Shown here: positions 8,898 through 17,612 of the stretch, piece after piece
Layout: every line of letters begins with the position of its first letter
Numbering within the stretch: position 1 is the first letter of the stretch
NCBI GenBank assembly: GCA_942493375.1
Contig: OW818698.1
Coordinates: 3,928,946-3,992,945 of the forward strand
Length of the DNA stretch: 64,000 nucleotides
Source of the DNA: Abditibacteriota bacterium
GTDB taxonomy: Bacteria; Armatimonadota; UBA5829
Direction of reading: 5' to 3'
Position numbers and translations under genes: made by a program
The notes under the pieces: generated by a model
The model's database searches: none
Seen by the model: only the letters and a program-made list of their open reading frames with translations
Told to the model about the DNA's origin: nothing

Positions 8898-9572
8898 ATG
8901 AGACAGATCAAAATATTGCCTTCCTTGCTCTCATCCGACTTTGCCAACCTGGAGCGGGATGTACGGCTTGCCTGTGAAGCTGGTGCCGATGAATTGCACT
9001 GTGACATTATGGATGGACATTTTGTCCCGAACATTACTTTTGGCCCACCGGTTGTAAAAGCAATAAAGCCACATAGTAGTGTTCCTTTGGATGTTCATCT
9101 GATGATTGAACGTCCTGAACTGTATATTGAAGCATTTGTGGCTGCCGGGGCATCGACTGTTACTGTTCATGCAGAGGCCTGCGTTCACCTGCACAGAACA
9201 CTTCAGTCGATACGAGCTCTGGGAGTTAAGGCAGGAGTATCCTTAAATCCGTCTACGTCGCTTACTGCAATCGAGTATGTTTTACATGACATGGACTTCC
9301 TGTTGATTATGACTGTGAATCCCGGCTTTGGGGGACAGAGTTTTATTGATGGAATGCTGGGTAAGATATCAGAAGCAGCGAAGATGCGTGATGATGCCTG
9401 TGCTGACTTTGATATAGGTGTGGATGGTGGAATTGATTCAGAAACAGCCCCCAGGGTCGTTGATGCGGGTGCTAATATGTTGATAGCAGGTTCAAGTGTC
9501 TTTTCTGCAGGCATCCCTGTCAAGGATGCACTGGCTGCAATCAGGCAGTCAATAGATTCCTTAGGTAAATAA
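8898..9572 (+). CDS. rpe: Ribulose-phosphate 3-epimerase
   Basis: 'KILPSLLSSDFANLERDV...ELHCDIMDGHFVPNITFGPPVV' and the C-terminal 'GVDGGI...AGANMLIAGSSVF' are canonical Rpe motifs. Confidence 0.9.
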   Translation: MRQIKILPSLLSSDFANLERDVRLACEAGADELHCDIMDGHFVPNITFGPPVVKAIKPHSSVPLDVHLMIERPELYIEAFVAAGASTVTVHAEACVHLHRTLQSIRALGVKAGVSLNPSTSLTAIEYVLHDMDFLLIMTVNPGFGGQSFIDGMLGKISEAAKMRDDACADFDIGVDGGIDSETAPRVVDAGANMLIAGSSVFSAGIPVKDALAAIRQSIDSLGK

Positions 9573-9616
9573 CTGAGTATCGCAGGGTCCAAAAACTAAC
9601 CACAAGGAGGACTGCG

Positions 9617-9967
9617 ATGTCCGGTCAGTATATGCAAATAGCGGTAGTGATTGTTATGATTGCAGCCGTTCTGTTCTTCTTTTCAGATGTTCGTAAATGG
9701 AACTCACTCCAGTCTTTGATCAGCCATCGTGTTAAGATTCTACGGATTATACTATTGGCTATCGTTGAGACATTGTTAGTGCTCCTACTGATTGGTCCTC
9801 CACGCCACGATACACAGCTGCAGCTTTCATATTGGAGTTTTATCGTAGCATTGGCATTGGGAATAGTCGTTGTTGCTTTATGGGATGTTCGAGAAGTGAT
9901 GCAGGGTCTCCGCAGATTGAACAAGGAGGTCTTCGATTCACTCAAGGAAGACCGTGACAAAAAGTGA
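9617..9967 (+). CDS. Small three-TM membrane protein of unknown function, translationally coupled to ribD
   Basis: Strong RBS AGGAGGA at 9606-9612. Three hydrophobic helices. Its stop TGA (9965-9967) overlaps the GTG start of ribD (9964). Confidence 0.5.
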   Translation: MSGQYMQIAVVIVMIAAVLFFFSDVRKWNSLQSLISHRVKILRIILLAIVETLLVLLLIGPPRHDTQLQLSYWSFIVALALGIVVVALWDVREVMQGLRRLNKEVFDSLKEDRDKK

Positions 9968-11055
9968 ATCACGAAGTTTTCATGTTACGTGCACTTCACC
10001 TGGCTGCAAAAGGTAAGACCAGCCCAAATCCGATGGTAGGAGCTGTGTTAGTCAAAGATGGTGCTGTTGTAGGTGAAGGTTTTCATCCTGCTGCAGGGCA
10101 ACCACATGCGGAAGTATTTGCTATTGCGGATGCAGGTTTAAGGTCAAACGGTGCTACTGCATATGTAACTTTGGAACCGTGTTGCCATCAAGGCAGGACT
10201 CCTCCATGCACGGACGCACTTATTCGGGCAGGTGTTTCCGAAATATACATTGGGATGCTTGATCCAGATGAAAGAGTGTCAGGTAATGGAGTTGAAGTTC
10301 TACGCAGTGCTGGTATAAAAGTGCACTTACCTCCTCTTTTGGAATCCCGATGTAGACAGTTGAATGAAGCTTATATAAAGCACCGATCCACAGGATTGCC
10401 TCTTGTTACGTTAAAGTCTGCAATGAGTCTGGATGGCCGGATTGCTACTTCTCAAGGGGACTCGAAGTGGATAACCGGGGAGAGAGCCAGACAATATGCA
10501 CACAAGTTTCGTGCAAAGGTAGATGCGATTATGGTGGGAGCGCAGACTGTGCGTAGTGACGACCCATCATTATCGGCAAGAGTCGGAAAGAAGATTTTTT
10601 ATCCCACACGAGTCATAGTGAGTATGTCTGGTTGCATACCACTTACTTCCCGGATATTCAAGCAACCTGGAGAACCGATTGTCATTGTTGGTAGTGAATG
10701 TGATTCTTTGGTAGTTACGGAACTGGAGCATGCAGGCGCTCGTATACTTCAAATAGCAGGCGATGGAACCAGGATATCTATTAGAGAAGTTATGAGACGA
10801 CTTGGTGAGACAGGTATCCTTTCTATATTGGTTGAAGGCGGTGGAGAATTATCTGCCTCATGTCTTCAGGACCAAGTAGTCGATCGAGTTATGTTCTATT
10901 ACGCTCCAAAAATCATTGGAGGCAAGAATGCGGTGGCTTCCATCGGTGGACATGGTGTGGAGCAGGTATCACAGGCTCCAAAATTGACTGATATTGTCAG
11001 GCGGAAACTTGGGGAAGATTTGTTAGTAGAAGGTTATGTCTCCTATAGTGGATAA
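9964..11055 (+). CDS. ribD: Bifunctional riboflavin biosynthesis deaminase/reductase RibD
   Basis: CMP/dCMP deaminase zinc motifs 'HAEVFAI' and 'TLEPCCHQGRTPPC', plus a C-terminal RibG reductase domain. The N-terminus 'MNHEVFMLRALHLAAKGKTSPNPMVGAVLV' parallels E. coli RibD. Confidence 0.9.
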   Translation: MNHEVFMLRALHLAAKGKTSPNPMVGAVLVKDGAVVGEGFHPAAGQPHAEVFAIADAGLRSNGATAYVTLEPCCHQGRTPPCTDALIRAGVSEIYIGMLDPDERVSGNGVEVLRSAGIKVHLPPLLESRCRQLNEAYIKHRSTGLPLVTLKSAMSLDGRIATSQGDSKWITGERARQYAHKFRAKVDAIMVGAQTVRSDDPSLSARVGKKIFYPTRVIVSMSGCIPLTSRIFKQPGEPIVIVGSECDSLVVTELEHAGARILQIAGDGTRISIREVMRRLGETGILSILVEGGGELSASCLQDQVVDRVMFYYAPKIIGGKNAVASIGGHGVEQVSQAPKLTDIVRRKLGEDLLVEGYVSYSG

Positions 11056-11082
11056 TTGTCAACGAACCAGGGAGGGACATCT

Positions 11083-11721
11083 TTGTTTACCGGTCTGATT
11101 GAGGAAGTGGGAGAGGTCCTGTTGGTACAGAGGGCCTCAGTGAATCGGCTTGAAATATCTTCCAAAACAGTATCTACAGGTGTATCGGTTGGGGATAGCG
11201 TTGCAGTCAATGGTGTATGCCTGACTGTCACATCATACAGACCTGGAATATTGGCGTTCGATTTTGTCAAAGAGACAGCATCACGAACTACCTTGGGAGA
11301 CTTGAGAATAGCCGATCAGGTAAATCTAGAAAGCAGTCTAAAAGCTGGTGAATCACTGGGAGGACATTTTGTTCTCGGACATGTGGACTCCACTTGCACC
11401 TTGAGAAGCATAAAGAATCTAGGTGAATCTCGAGAGATCACTTTTACAGCTGATGCCGAAGTCCTTCAGCTTGTTGTGGAAAAGGGGTCAATAGCTATTG
11501 ATGGAATTAGTCTGACTGTAGCCGATTGCGACGATTCAGGATTCACAATAGCCGTGATTCCCCATTCACTAAATAAAACTACCCTTAAAAATAAGATACC
11601 TGGTGACAGGGTTAATGTAGAAACGGATATATTGGGTAAGTATGTCTATAAGCTTGTTTCGGGAAACCGAAATAAGGGCGGAGTAACTATGGACCTGCTC
11701 AGACAGAATGGGTTCATATAA
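11083..11721 (+). CDS. ribE: Riboflavin synthase alpha subunit
   Basis: TTG start at 11083, preceded by the GGGAGGG RBS, gives the canonical 'MFTGLIEEVG' N-terminus. Two lumazine-binding repeats are present. The ORF track starts upstream at 11056. Confidence 0.85.
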   Translation: MFTGLIEEVGEVLLVQRASVNRLEISSKTVSTGVSVGDSVAVNGVCLTVTSYRPGILAFDFVKETASRTTLGDLRIADQVNLESSLKAGESLGGHFVLGHVDSTCTLRSIKNLGESREITFTADAEVLQLVVEKGSIAIDGISLTVADCDDSGFTIAVIPHSLNKTTLKNKIPGDRVNVETDILGKYVYKLVSGNRNKGGVTMDLLRQNGFI

Positions 11722-11744
11722 AATATAATTAGGTAAGGTAATAA

Positions 11745-13046
11745 ATGAGTTCAGTTATGATGACAGTACCGGAAGCTTTGGATGACTTACGCGCCGGCAA
11801 AATGATAATAGTCGTTGACGATGAAGATCGTGAAAACGAAGGCGATTTAGTTATGGCTGCGAGTAATATTACTGCCGAAGCAGTCAATTTTATGGCCACT
11901 AATGGAAAAGGAATGATTTGTGTTCCTACAACCAAGGACAGGCTGGCAGAACTTGCACTGCCTATGATGGTTGAGAACAACACTTCACGACATGGCACAG
12001 CGTTTACAGTAAGTGTAGATGCCATTCATGGAACAACCACCGGCATTTCCTCACATGATCGTGCGGCAACCATCAGGACTTTTGCTGATCCAAATGCAAA
12101 ACCGGGTGATTTGGCGAGACCCGGTCATATTCATCCACTCAGAGCAGTTGATGGAGGGGTACTTGTCCGTGCCGGGCATACCGAAGCTGTCGTTGATATG
12201 ACTCGTCTTGCTGGCCTGGGTTCAGCGGGTGTGTTGTGCGAGATATTGTCCGAGGACGGCAGTATGGCAAGATTGCCGGAGCTTATGGAGATGGCGGAGA
12301 AGTGGGGACTAAAGATCGTTACCATTGCCGATCTGATCAAGCACCGTCGAACACACGAAAAGTTGGTTCATAAGTTTGCAGAGTGCCGTATACCCACAAA
12401 ACATGGAGATTTTATAGCACACGGGTACCAGGCCACAGTGGAATCCAGTCCATATATTGCTCTTGTAATGGGCGATATTACGGATGGTACTCCCACACTT
12501 GTGCGCATACATTCCGGATGCTTTACTGGGGATGTCCTTGGCTCGCAGCGATGTGACTGTGGTGAACAGCTTCATGCTGCTATGCAAATGATAGCTGATG
12601 AAGGAAAGGGCGTAGTCATATATATTTATCATCATGAAGGTAGAGGAATAGGGCTTGTGAATAAACTCAAAGCCTATGTCCTTCAAGATCATGGTGCAGA
12701 TACTGTAGATGCTAATGAGATGTTGGGATTCCCAAGTGATATGAGGGATTACAGCATAGGTGCTCAGGTCCTGGTTGATCTGGGAGTCAAGAAAATAAGA
12801 TTGATGACCAATAATCCTGGAAAATATGTGGCTTTACAGGGATATGACCTTGAAATTGTTGAGAGGGTTGCAGTTGTATGCGAACCAACCCAGGATAATA
12901 TTAGATACATGAATACTAAGCGTGAGCGTATGGGCCACATACTGGATGCAGATATGTTTGGTGGATGCGAAGCATGTGGCAGTAAAGATGAATCATGTAA
13001 AGAACATGGAAAATCAGAGGGAGAGTGTGATGGCCAAGATATATGA
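11745..13046 (+). CDS. ribBA: Bifunctional 3,4-dihydroxy-2-butanone-4-phosphate synthase / GTP cyclohydrolase II with a Cys-rich C-terminal extension
   Basis: DHBP synthase motifs ('[12 protein letters not shown]', 'RPGHIHPL'). GTP cyclohydrolase II zinc motif '[15 protein letters not shown]'. An extra tail '[28 protein letters not shown]' follows. Confidence 0.9.
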   Translation: MSSVMMTVPEALDDLRAGKMIIVVDDEDRENEGDLVMAASNITAEAVNFMATNGKGMICVPTTKDRLAELALPMMVENNTSRHGTAFTVSVDAIHGTTTGISSHDRAATIRTFADPNAKPGDLARPGHIHPLRAVDGGVLVRAGHTEAVVDMTRLAGLGSAGVLCEILSEDGSMARLPELMEMAEKWGLKIVTIADLIKHRRTHEKLVHKFAECRIPTKHGDFIAHGYQATVESSPYIALVMGDITDGTPTLVRIHSGCFTGDVLGSQRCDCGEQLHAAMQMIADEGKGVVIYIYHHEGRGIGLVNKLKAYVLQDHGADTVDANEMLGFPSDMRDYSIGAQVLVDLGVKKIRLMTNNPGKYVALQGYDLEIVERVAVVCEPTQDNIRYMNTKRERMGHILDADMFGGCEACGSKDESCKEHGKSEGECDGQDI

Positions 13047-13500
13047 GGGTATACTAACGGCGACGGACCAGAAATTTGTGATCGTTTGCAGCAGATTCAA
13101 TGAGTTCATTACCGGCAAACTTCTTGGTGGTGCGATGGATGCGCTGGTTAGACACGGATTGCCGAAAGAGAATGTGGATTTAGCTTGGGTTCCAGGGGCT
13201 TTTGAGATTCCGTTAGTTGCACAGAAATTGGCTGCCACCGGAAAGTATGAAGCTGTTATATGTCTGGGTGCAGTTATCAGGGGATCAACCCCACACTTTG
13301 ATTATGTGGCTGCTGAAGTATCCAAAGGCGTAGCCAGCGCTTCGATGTCAACCGGTGTGCCGATTATTTTCGGAGTCCTGACAACGGACAGCATTGAACA
13401 GGCTATCGAAAGAGCTGGTACAAAGGCTGGAAACAAAGGATTTGAAGCTGCAGAGTCAGCTATAGAAATGGCAAATTTGATGAGGAGTATAGAAAAATGA
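13030..13500 (+). CDS. ribH: 6,7-dimethyl-8-ribityllumazine synthase
   Basis: '[39 protein letters not shown]' is a typical RibH N-terminus. The ATG at 13030 overlaps the ribBA 3' end by 17 nt. The ORF track's 12922 start is an upstream in-frame extension. Confidence 0.85.
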   Translation: MAKIYEGILTATDQKFVIVCSRFNEFITGKLLGGAMDALVRHGLPKENVDLAWVPGAFEIPLVAQKLAATGKYEAVICLGAVIRGSTPHFDYVAAEVSKGVASASMSTGVPIIFGVLTTDSIEQAIERAGTKAGNKGFEAAESAIEMANLMRSIEK

Positions 13501-14759
13501 GAAAACTCATTCCCTATGTAGTAGTGTTCGTGTTGGGGTTTGTAGTCTGTGCCTGGACAATCAACCACTTCTATGGATCTCCACAGGGGTTTGACGGACC
13601 AGAAAGAGCTATAAATCTACCAAGCTTTGGGCCGAAAATGGTTGGAGGAAGCAGTACCGCCGTTAGAGATGCCTCCAGGATAATTAGTGCATATGTCGTA
13701 AACATAGACACTGAAGGTATGCCAATTATGCAGGTTGGGGATCCTGGCGCTTTTCCTTTTGGTGGTATGTTTGATGCGCCGCAGCAGATGACACCTCGTG
13801 GTAAAGGATCTGGGGTTATCTTCTCGGCTGATGGTTATATTTTGACTAATAATCATGTTGCAGCCGGTGCTACCAAAATGACGGTAACTACGCACGATGG
13901 GAAACGCTATAAGGCGAATCTTATAGGCAGAGATCCGAAGTCTGATCTGGCAGTAATCAAAATAGATGCAAAAAATCTTGCATATGCAAAGTTTGCGGAC
14001 TCTGACAAAGTGGATGTTGGAGACTGGGTCATAGCAGTTGGTAATGCACTTGGTCGTGGGACTACAGTAACCATAGGGATTATTAGCGCGACTAAGCGCG
14101 ATGTGGTAATCGAAGGCAAACCGCTTGATCAAGTACTACAGACAGATGCAGCCATTAATCCTGGAAACAGCGGTGGTGCACTTGCTGACCTACGCGGAGA
14201 TCTTGTTGGTATTAATTCTGCAATTGCTTCGACAGGACAGGGTGGCGGTAGTATCGGAATAGGTTTTGCTATTCCCAGTGATGCAGCCCGTACCATAGCA
14301 GAACAGCTTGTAAAAACTGGTAAGGTTGTAAGGCCTTATCTTGGTGTCCGATATGGACCACTTAACGACGAGACACGGCAGCAACTGTTGCAGCAGGGAT
14401 ATAGAAGTGTACCGAAGAGTGGAGCGCTTGTAGTCGAAGTTTATCGCGGTGGGCCTGCTGATAAGGCCGGTATAAGACCATCTGATGTAATCACCAAAGT
14501 TAATGGTAAGCAATTGACCAATTCGGCGGAACCCGATCGTGGTCAGACGACGGTAGCTGATATGATTAGCAAAAGTAAGGTTGGTGACTGGATTGATCTG
14601 GATGTCTGGCATCCTGATGGACGTACAGGAGCTATGAAAGCTCGTATAGGTGAGATGCCGCCGGAGTTCCTTGAAACACCACAAGAGCAGCAAATGCCCA
14701 GGCAACCTCAACAGGGAATGCCAATGCCGTTCGGTCGTGGGTTTCCTGGCATGCCTTAG
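13497..14759 (+). CDS. htrA: HtrA/DegP-family periplasmic serine protease (trypsin-like + PDZ) with a Q/M/P-rich C-terminal tail
   Basis: Catalytic triad context 'LTNNHV', 'DLAVIKID', 'GNSGGAL'. PDZ domain. The ATG overlaps the ribH stop (ATGA). The tail reads '[23 protein letters not shown]'. Confidence 0.85.
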   Translation: MRKLIPYVVVFVLGFVVCAWTINHFYGSPQGFDGPERAINLPSFGPKMVGGSSTAVRDASRIISAYVVNIDTEGMPIMQVGDPGAFPFGGMFDAPQQMTPRGKGSGVIFSADGYILTNNHVAAGATKMTVTTHDGKRYKANLIGRDPKSDLAVIKIDAKNLAYAKFADSDKVDVGDWVIAVGNALGRGTTVTIGIISATKRDVVIEGKPLDQVLQTDAAINPGNSGGALADLRGDLVGINSAIASTGQGGGSIGIGFAIPSDAARTIAEQLVKTGKVVRPYLGVRYGPLNDETRQQLLQQGYRSVPKSGALVVEVYRGGPADKAGIRPSDVITKVNGKQLTNSAEPDRGQTTVADMISKSKVGDWIDLDVWHPDGRTGAMKARIGEMPPEFLETPQEQQMPRQPQQGMPMPFGRGFPGMP

Positions 14760-14826
14760 TTGTATTCAGAATGACGTTGTGATGTTATTTTGTGCCTTCA
14801 GAAATGATTCAAGTAGAGGAAATTGC

Positions 14827-15381
14827 ATGAAAATAGGAGTTATCAGCGATACACACGGTAACCTGGATGCAGGCAGATTGGCATTGGCAGCATTTGGAGA
14901 AGTTGACCTGATCATTCATGCTGGAGATGTGCTGTATCACCCTCCGCGTCTGGGATTTACTGATGGATACGATATACCCGGTACTGCGGAATTGTTCAAC
15001 AACTTGAAGATTCCGTTGATAATCTCACAAGGTAACTGTGATGCTCAGGTGTACGAAGAATTGTTGAATGTACCTGTTACCGCTCCATATGCATATGCAC
15101 AAATGGGTACCATTGGTCTCCTGGCATCTCACGGTCATTTTATGCATAAATCTGAGTTGATTAAGCTCGCTGCTAGATTTGGTGCAAAATATGCTATCAC
15201 CGGACATACTCACATTCCAGAGCTCAAGAGTGTGGATGGAGTTGTTTACATGAATCCCGGGAGTCCATCTTTACCGAAATATGAACTGAATGGTAGATTA
15301 GTACCGTCGGTCGGTATCATTACTGATAATGGTGCTAGTATTATTAGTTTGCCGGATGGTGTAACATTAATGCAGATGTAA
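14827..15381 (+). CDS. YfcE-like metallophosphoesterase
   Basis: 'MKIGVISDTHGNLDAG...LIIHAGDV...GNCD...GHTH' are calcineurin-like phosphoesterase motifs. The real start is the ATG at 14827; the ORF track's 14650 start overlaps htrA. Confidence 0.75.
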   Translation: MKIGVISDTHGNLDAGRLALAAFGEVDLIIHAGDVLYHPPRLGFTDGYDIPGTAELFNNLKIPLIISQGNCDAQVYEELLNVPVTAPYAYAQMGTIGLLASHGHFMHKSELIKLAARFGAKYAITGHTHIPELKSVDGVVYMNPGSPSLPKYELNGRLVPSVGIITDNGASIISLPDGVTLMQM

Positions 15382-15468
15382 GGCAACAAAAAAATATGTA
15401 ACCATTGACGTTTCTTGTTGTCTAATACAATATAGTTATAAGCCTATCTTAGTTTAAAGGAGCACAGT

Positions 15469-16212
15469 ATGTTAAAATTGATGCGTTTTGTTTTGACAAT
15501 AGTTATGTGTGCAATGTTGGCCACTTCCGTTGGAGCACAACAGCAAGCTAGTCTGGAAGATATCCAGAAGCAACTTGGTATTATCGGGCAGATGGTTTCG
15601 GCACAATTGGGAATCACCGATGCCCAGGTTACTCAGTTCAAAGCTCTCTGCGGAGGGTACAAGAGTGCATGTGATACTATAAAGAATTCTGCAGACGCAG
15701 ATGATGTTAAAGTAGTCAAAATGCAAGTACTGGCTGACAAATTTATCCCCGAAGCTATGTCCGTATTATCTGAGCAGCAAAAAACCGGAGCGATAGCTCT
15801 AGGATCTGCATTACTCAATATGCATGCTTCCGGTTCAGGAATTATACTAAATGGCTCAGAGATCAAAGGACTTATTGTCAAAGCTGGTCTGGCCCCCGAA
15901 AAGGCGGAGATGGTTCTTGATGTGCTGAGAAGCCATTCTGTTCAGGCCAAAGTTATCTATGCTGACGAGTCCCTTGCATCTGATGCTCAGAATACGAAAC
16001 TTCAGTCACTCAGACTTGCCACTTTAGCTAAAATATCCAGTAAATTGGATGCTAATGAGCAGAAAGTAATGGCTGCGGTTCTCAAGAGTGGTATGGCAAG
16101 TGGGAAAGTATTGTGGTCCTGTTTTACTACAGCTCAGAAACCCAAAGCTCAACTATTTGGAAATCAGATACTACGCTTCTTTGAAGAGGTTGTTACAATC
16201 TCCAAGGCTTAG
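15469..16212 (+). CDS. Secreted hypothetical protein (signal peptide, mostly helical)
   Basis: RBS AAAGGAG, then signal peptide MLKLMRFVLTIVMCAMLATSVGA|QQ. No recognisable catalytic motifs. Confidence 0.45.
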   Translation: MLKLMRFVLTIVMCAMLATSVGAQQQASLEDIQKQLGIIGQMVSAQLGITDAQVTQFKALCGGYKSACDTIKNSADADDVKVVKMQVLADKFIPEAMSVLSEQQKTGAIALGSALLNMHASGSGIILNGSEIKGLIVKAGLAPEKAEMVLDVLRSHSVQAKVIYADESLASDAQNTKLQSLRLATLAKISSKLDANEQKVMAAVLKSGMASGKVLWSCFTTAQKPKAQLFGNQILRFFEEVVTISKA

Positions 16213-16237
16213 GTACAAGCTGAATCCCGAATCTGAA

Positions 16238-16287
16238 ATCATTATGAACGAAGTGAAAACATCCATTTTTGCTTCGTTCATAATGAT
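16238..16287. terminator. 16-bp perfect inverted repeat between convergent genes
   Basis: ATCATTATGAACGAAG / CTTCGTTCATAATGAT separated by an 18-nt loop. Confidence 0.55.
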
Positions 16288-16301
16288 ATCTATTGTCCGG
16301 A

Positions 16302-17360
16302 TTACCCTCGCATCGCTTCGTCATGGAAAGCAAGATAATTCTCCAGTGGAACATTGTTTTCCAGTTCTGTCGAACTTCCTATTAGAAGTCTCCCCTCGGA
16401 TCCCACCTCATTTATCATACGACGAGTTTCTTTCCTGACTTCATCGGGTGTGCCAAAAGGCAGGAGGTGGGTTACGTCAAGGCCTCCAGCAAGTATCAGG
16501 TTGGGGTATAACTTTCGAAGTTCGTATACATCCATACCAGCTGCAATTTCAATAGGATTAACACCGTCTATTCCTGCGGCTATCAGATCTGACATTATAT
16601 CCATAATATATCCATCTGAATGGAATATCACCGTGAGTCCTTTTTTATGGCACTGATCACATATTCCTGCGACATCATCAAAGAATCCCATTTCCTGAAA
16701 CATCTCTCGGCTGAACATCAATCGCTGTTTGTAAGCTACGTCAGAATAAATTACGGCCAGTTGGCAGTTATCAGCGTGAGCTGCAGTTTCAATATACATG
16801 CTTCGACCAAGTTCCAGAGCTCTCATCCACCGAAGCGTTAGTTCTCGTTCATCTGCCCAGAGATATGAAAAGATCTCCAGGCCGCATCCTCCAAACAATG
16901 CGGAATTAATAGCTGTAGATGGTGTGCAATGGATAAAGGCGGTACCATCGAGTTTATCGATTAGTACTCGTTGCTCTGCGGCGACGTGCGCACACTCCTT
17001 CGGAGTCGGAAAAGATTGATTCTCAGTTTGTTCTATTACTTTGGTGATTTGCTTTTTCCAGTCTTCAACGCTGGTTAATGCATGGTGCTGAATCCAACCT
17101 GTCCATCTATCCATTACCCATACATTGCCCAGGCCATCTGTAAAGGTGTCACCGGTTTTATTCGGGGGATTCACATATCTGGTGCAATCGAGTGCATATG
17201 CGGCTGCACGTATGGCTGTTTGTTGGTCTTGTGTACCATCAAGAGGGTATCCTCCGAAGTGTTCAATGACCGCATCATTAGTTAATAAATCATATATCGG
17301 TGTACGGTATGGGCGTATGCCTTTACAAGCCTGGTAAGTTAGTTCAGTTGATTCTTTCAT
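16302..17360 (-). CDS. Uroporphyrinogen decarboxylase (URO-D)/MtaA-like family protein, paralogue 1
   Basis: URO-D family TIM-barrel signatures ('DGYIMDIMSDLIAAGIDGVNPIE', 'LLIGSSTEL'). It is paralogous to the two + strand URO-D-like genes. The start is probably the ATG at 17360 (MKESTEL...) rather than the track's 17540. Confidence 0.6.
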   Translation of the reverse strand: MKESTELTYQACKGIRPYRTPIYDLLTNDAVIEHFGGYPLDGTQDQQTAIRAAAYALDCTRYVNPPNKTGDTFTDGLGNVWVMDRWTGWIQHHALTSVEDWKKQITKVIEQTENQSFPTPKECAHVAAEQRVLIDKLDGTAFIHCTPSTAINSALFGGCGLEIFSYLWADERELTLRWMRALELGRSMYIETAAHADNCQLAVIYSDVAYKQRLMFSREMFQEMGFFDDVAGICDQCHKKGLTVIFHSDGYIMDIMSDLIAAGIDGVNPIEIAAGMDVYELRKLYPNLILAGGLDVTHLLPFGTPDEVRKETRRMINEVGSEGRLLIGSSTELENNVPLENYLAFHDEAMRG

Positions 17361-17612
17361 ATGAAGCACCTCAGACATGAACATGAAATGGAATTGATTG
17401 ATACGATTAGCACATTTCAATATATTATGCGTTCTAATGAGTATAGCATGCAACATCTGCAAAATATGAGGTAATGAATGGTATACAGTAGAGAGTGTAC
17501 AACCTGCGTCTTTCCTTGACAGGTTAGACTTCCTGTACATATAATCAGTATAGTCTGTCCATATTTGTGGATTGACCTTGACTACTGATGTTCCACAATA
17601 CTTCTACCGGAT

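Noticed and set aside
9573-9616. FMN riboswitch (RFN element) expected upstream of the rib operon
   Set aside because: Only 44 nt separate rpe from the small membrane gene, and that gene is coupled to ribD. No RFN-like conserved stems were seen here or in nearby intergenic regions.
13617-14711. Minus-strand ORFs 13617..14132, 13907..14119 and 14190..14711 inside htrA
   Set aside because: They are embedded antisense within a confidently assigned HtrA gene and have no motifs.
17541-17612. Promoter calls in the divergent region upstream of the exporter gene (TTGACC/TTGACT motifs)
   Set aside because: -35-like hexamers are present, but no convincing -10 at proper spacing could be paired by eye, so it was not reported as a feature.
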